A stretch of DNA of 64,000 nt from Amphiscolops sp. MND2022 (taxonomy: Eukaryota): the NCBI GenBank assembly GCA_964187785.1, contig OZ076409.1, forward strand, positions 58,840,001 to 58,904,000, written 5' to 3'. The notes under the pieces were generated by a model. The model did no database searches. It was given only the letters and a program-made list of their open reading frames with translations, and was not told the origin of the DNA. Shown piece by piece: positions 59,846-64,000 of this stretch (within the stretch, counting starts at the first letter, position 1; every line of letters starts with the position of its first letter). The translations under genes and the position numbers were made by a program.

Positions 59846-60514
59846 TATGACGCTGAAACGCTAATAAACGACAATCAAAAACTAAGAACCAATCAAATGA
59901 AAGATTGAATTTCCTAAATAGACATTCAATTTCCAAAAATCGACATTGAATTTTACTAATCCCTCCGCATACACTGCTCGCATACAGCGTGAAACTAAGA
60001 TTGAAAGTTTGCGCCGCTATGCGAAGCAGTTCTTTCATTCTTTCTATAATCTTGAATGTCCATTTGTGGAAAGTTGATTATCTGTTTAGGTTAATTAACC
60101 AATCACAAACAAGCTGTTACCAGGCGATAGAAATTTTGAATGGCGTTATTAAATTTTCAGCGTCATATACTGTATTAGTTCACATGCAATGCGTTTAGCC
60201 ATCCTAACAACTATAGTATGCAGTCGTGAGTCATGTAGTATCTAACGCCACCAAGGTGACCTATTGGTAAAACTGCGACATCGCACTATCTTTGCGAGCG
60301 TTCGCAAAATTGGAATTGTAGCGTGTGATTGATTAATGCAGACCGAATTGTTTCGAAACACGCTGGTACAGACCGACAGGCCATTACATTTCTGTGCTAT
60401 TGACGACTAGTATCATATTACGTCTATCATTTTGTAAACTACCTTCGCTTTCTCTTATAAGATCATTCATTCGATTCCTTTCTTCAATTACTTTCGTTTA
60501 ATAAATCATAGAAA

Positions 60515-60985
60515 GTCAAGACGGAAATGTCTAAGGTCGGCGCTATACCTAAGGCTAAAAAACGCGAAGTTTTGAAAATAGGCTCACAAATTCTTCGAAA
60601 AACCAAAAGGTGCTTTTCTTGTTCGGGAAACGCTTCAGAAATTCGGATAAAACCTGCTGAGACAAATACGAGCGCTTTTTTGATCCTACGGATCCTCCTT
60701 CTCAGTGAAACGCAAATTATTTCGGATATAACGTCAAAAGTTCGGATATAGCGTGCTGGAACAAATGGGACTCCCTTGGTTTCGAACCTCCGCCTCCTCT
60801 TTTGTAAAACGCAAATTTATGCGAATTTAACGTCAAAAATTCTGGGATATACTGCAATATTTTCGAATTTCCACCTCCAAAGTTCGGACAATATTGAAAA
60901 AGATTATTGGTGGATATATTTTGAGAAAACCTAATTTCAGGTCAAAAATGAATTTAGAACAGTCTCATAGTGCCGAAAACAACTG
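60515..60985 (-). mobile_element. Partial Helentron/DINE-1-like copy
   Basis: CAAGACGGAAATGTCTAAGGTCGGCGCTATACCTAAGGCT head and GTCTCATAGTGCCGAAAA motif. Confidence 0.6.
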
Positions 60986-62659
60986 TTTTTTAACATCTGA
61001 TTGTTGATCTGAGACATCGGTGTTGAGTCGTTCTAACATCAAGAAACGACACGTGAGCATATTCGTATCCATCGTAGCTTCTCTAAAATTCTAAAAGGAA
61101 ATGACAAATAAATGAACTTTCCACATTAGTTAGTGCTAACAGAACATATTACCACTGATTACCAGAGCAGTAAAAGATCTACCCCTAATCTCAAGGAAGA
61201 CCCGTTTCCTTTTCATTCCGTTTCTTTTCCTTCCGGCTCTTTTTCCTTCCGAGACAGCAACCCGTTCTGACCATATTGGAGTATGAAAGGCCAATAACAA
61301 AACATAGTGGTCATCTTGGGTAAAAAAACGTTTGGCGCCAAAGAAATCTGTTGAATAAATTATAACGTCACGTAATGACGTATGTAAACACTTGAGATAA
61401 GTCAAGAACTTCCGTACAGTATCCTCAACTTAACTAATTTACTCTCTCGCTATTTGGTATATAATCAAAGAAATCGCCGTCAGAACTTTCATCCTCGGGA
61501 TTTTCGTCATTAGGGGTTTTTCACTTGCCTCATAAGAAAGGTGATAAGATAAGATGGATCACTTCATTTTCACCTGCTTATCGGAGGTAATTATTGTTAC
61601 TCGTTCAAGAAAAACTATTAATAGCCAGTAATAATCACTATTCGTATGTTTGAATGTGCGTAAACATTTAACAAGCCAAATTTTAATAAACACACAGCAA
61701 ATATGTTGCATCTTTTCGATCTTCAATTTTTTCATTTTTAAATCAAGCTTGCTCGAACAATGCAATGTAAAAAACCGTATTTTTATCCGAGTATCTAGTT
61801 AGCTTCTACTCAGTTCTTCGATGGTATCGGTTGTATCTTTTATCCCATGTGTTGTCCATGGTGTTATTCTTCATTAAAAAAATTATGGCCTTTGCCAAAA
61901 TGTCGCGACTTCTAAGCTGATCCCCATATACACATGAGATTAGCCAAGAGGCTCAATAAAAATAGATTCACTATAAAGTAATTTTATTTTGATTGTCATC
62001 AACGAAATTGTCATTAAACTTCTTTAAAAAGTTTCCTGGCGACAAAATTAGGCTCTTTTCTGTCCCCATCCCCCCACTAAAAGTTTTATGGGAAATTAGT
62101 GAAAATATTATAACAAATAGATTTGAATACAAACCAGAAAGCTTCAGTTTTAAACTTATTCTCAAGGTGATAGTTAAGGATTCTGATACAAACTTTGTTC
62201 ACACTTTTTCCTTAGAAACAGAGAAGAACCCAATATTATTTTCGAACAATTTTACTAGTTTACTAACCATCTAATTGAATGTTTACAAACAATTCAAATG
62301 ACTCAGAATATTCACAAAATAAACTTCCAAGAGCTCAGAATGAGATTTCATCTTTCGATATCAATAACTGAGAGAGATTGTTGAAATTTTGTCGAAACTG
62401 AATGGCGTAAACTTTGTGAAGAGGGCTACTACGACCGGGAAAACCGAAGGATTGAGTATATTCCGATACTTAAAGACAATAAAAACACCTAAATATTGTT
62501 ACCCGAACGGACCTCGCAACAGGGGTGTAAAATATTGTACTGGTTATTGGATTGCAGCTCACAATAACTTATTTTTATTGCGTGCGCACAAAAACCAATA
62601 ATTGTTTCAATAACTTGACTTATTTAAAGCAAACATAAATTATTGATCAACATCAAAAC

Positions 62660-63510
62660 TTATTGCTTATCATCGACATCAGAAACTAGTTTTGAGTCCC
62701 AGAACTCCTGGTTGAATTTCAGGAAAATTTGCGCTTCCACGTTAACAGGAGTCGTTTTCTTTGATAATCGGTAAAAACGGACGACACTAAATAGTTGCTC
62801 AGGCGGGATGGATGATGTCTTAATCCATTGAAGACCAGACGACTGGATTTCTGTAGTCGCACTTTTCCCCAATTTTTGTTGCGACAATGAATTTTTGTAG
62901 ACAGAACTCGGTGAAACAATAGTAGATGCTAGAGCAAAAAGCTTTTGCAAGAGCACTTCCTCTTGAGCGGATAATGCGACACCTCGAATATCTTTAGCAA
63001 TGGTTTTTTCGAAATCAGGATACCTTGATATTGAGTTTTCGGACAACCCAAGATAGTTGTTAAGTTGAAGATGAATTGCCAGAAGAGCGTCAAAGAGTGT
63101 TCTTGCTTGAGACAGATTTGTTGAATCACTTCCGGTACGTCCTGAAAACCTTTTTTGTGCGTTTTTTCAGTCGAAAAAAATAGGTAATTTCGTTGAAGTT
63201 CTTGGCGAGATCTTGCAAGATCGTACATATTCTTGGTGCTCTTCGGAAGATTCTTTACAAGCATTCCAGGAAACTGTAAGTTTCTTGGCAAGAGTTTCAA
63301 GATGTGTTACACTTGGTAGAGTTTTGGAAATCGATTCGAAATCCTTGAGTTTATATAGAAGTTTTTCAACTTGATCATCTTCGGCAGGCAAAAGCAATAA
63401 ATGTAGCATATCATGGTCACTGATAAAAAATTCTTTCAGCCGAAAATATCGCGTTAGCATACTGAATGTTGAACTCCAGCGTGTATCATTTTGATTCACA
63501 TGCCACAAAG
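62660..63510 (-). pseudogene. hAT transposase relic (C-terminal half), interrupted at ~63085-63300 by CTTGCAAG-type repeat
   Basis: NDTRWSSTFSML...DFESISKTL; PDFEKTIAK; EQLFS...TPVNVEAQIFLKFNQEFWD. Confidence 0.75.
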
Positions 63511-63785
63511 AAGTTTTTGTTTCTGCGTTTACCGTGAGGAAACAGTTTACTTGCTACTGGCGCCATTGCCCTACTTGCAGGTAGTGTAATGTAAACGTGG
63601 ATGTGACGCAAGGCAAAAAGAATGCGAATGAAATTTGTGAGTAAGTGTTTGTATGTTGTCGCATATGCAGATTAGCAGGTAGCCTTACATGTACGCTTGT
63701 ACATGTAAGTGTACGCGAGTGCGTTGTATCGATCTGCGCTGTGTGCGCGGTGGTTCATACGTTAAGGTCCTAAGTTGGCATAATA

Positions 63786-64000
63786 CAGTGTATGACGCTG
63801 AAAATTTAATAAACGTCATTCAAAATTTCCACTGCTCGTTAACAGCTTGTTTTTGTTTGGTTAATTAAATAAAATAGACAATCAACTTTTCACAGAAAGC
63901 TATTCAAGATTATAGCAAGAATGAAAAGGCTGCTTCGCATAGCAGCGCTACAACTTTAAATCTTAATTACACGCTGCATACAAGCAATGTCTGCGGAGGG
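63786..64000 (-). mobile_element. Second copy of the TA-flanked MITE, running off the window end
   Basis: TA|CAGTGTATGACGCTGAAAATTTAATAA; reverse complement of ~59960-60172. Confidence 0.8.

Larger units (their letters stand above)
58145..60172. mobile_element. TA-flanked Tc1/mariner-type MITE (~330 bp) split by the hAT insertion
   Basis: TA|CAGTGTATGACGC[hAT]TGAAA ... TTTCAGCGTCATATACTG|TA; uninterrupted inverted copy starts at 63786. Confidence 0.8.

Noticed and set aside
61136..62274. Short ORFs on both strands
   Set aside because: No motifs or consistent exon structure that I can support.

Overview
AT-rich, intron-containing eukaryotic DNA, probably from an invertebrate animal (inferred from the repeat types; host not identifiable). 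Most of the window is transposon-derived. The one clearly recognisable host gene is the 3' half of a half-size ABCG transporter on the + strand (six exons, 29648-33922, about 375 codons). It reads through only if three consecutive introns use non-canonical GG-AG, GG-AG and GA-AG boundaries. From memory, its protein resembles an oomycete/protist-type ABCG more than animal White/ABCG2, so it is an HGT candidate. Other contents: a full-length decayed Ty3/Gypsy element (36623-42646, TSD GTAAC, WLDD RT motif); a second Gypsy family in a three-LTR tandem structure containing a TRIM-like mini unit (47376-55790); four hAT relics with nested insertions; DINE-1/Helentron-like elements; CCC...GGG MITEs with 2-bp TSDs; TA-flanked MITEs; a tRNA-derived SINE; 2.77-kb and 1.96-kb tandem duplications; several loop-less palindromes; and possibly the last two exons of an unidentified minus-strand gene at 1.6-2.0 kb.
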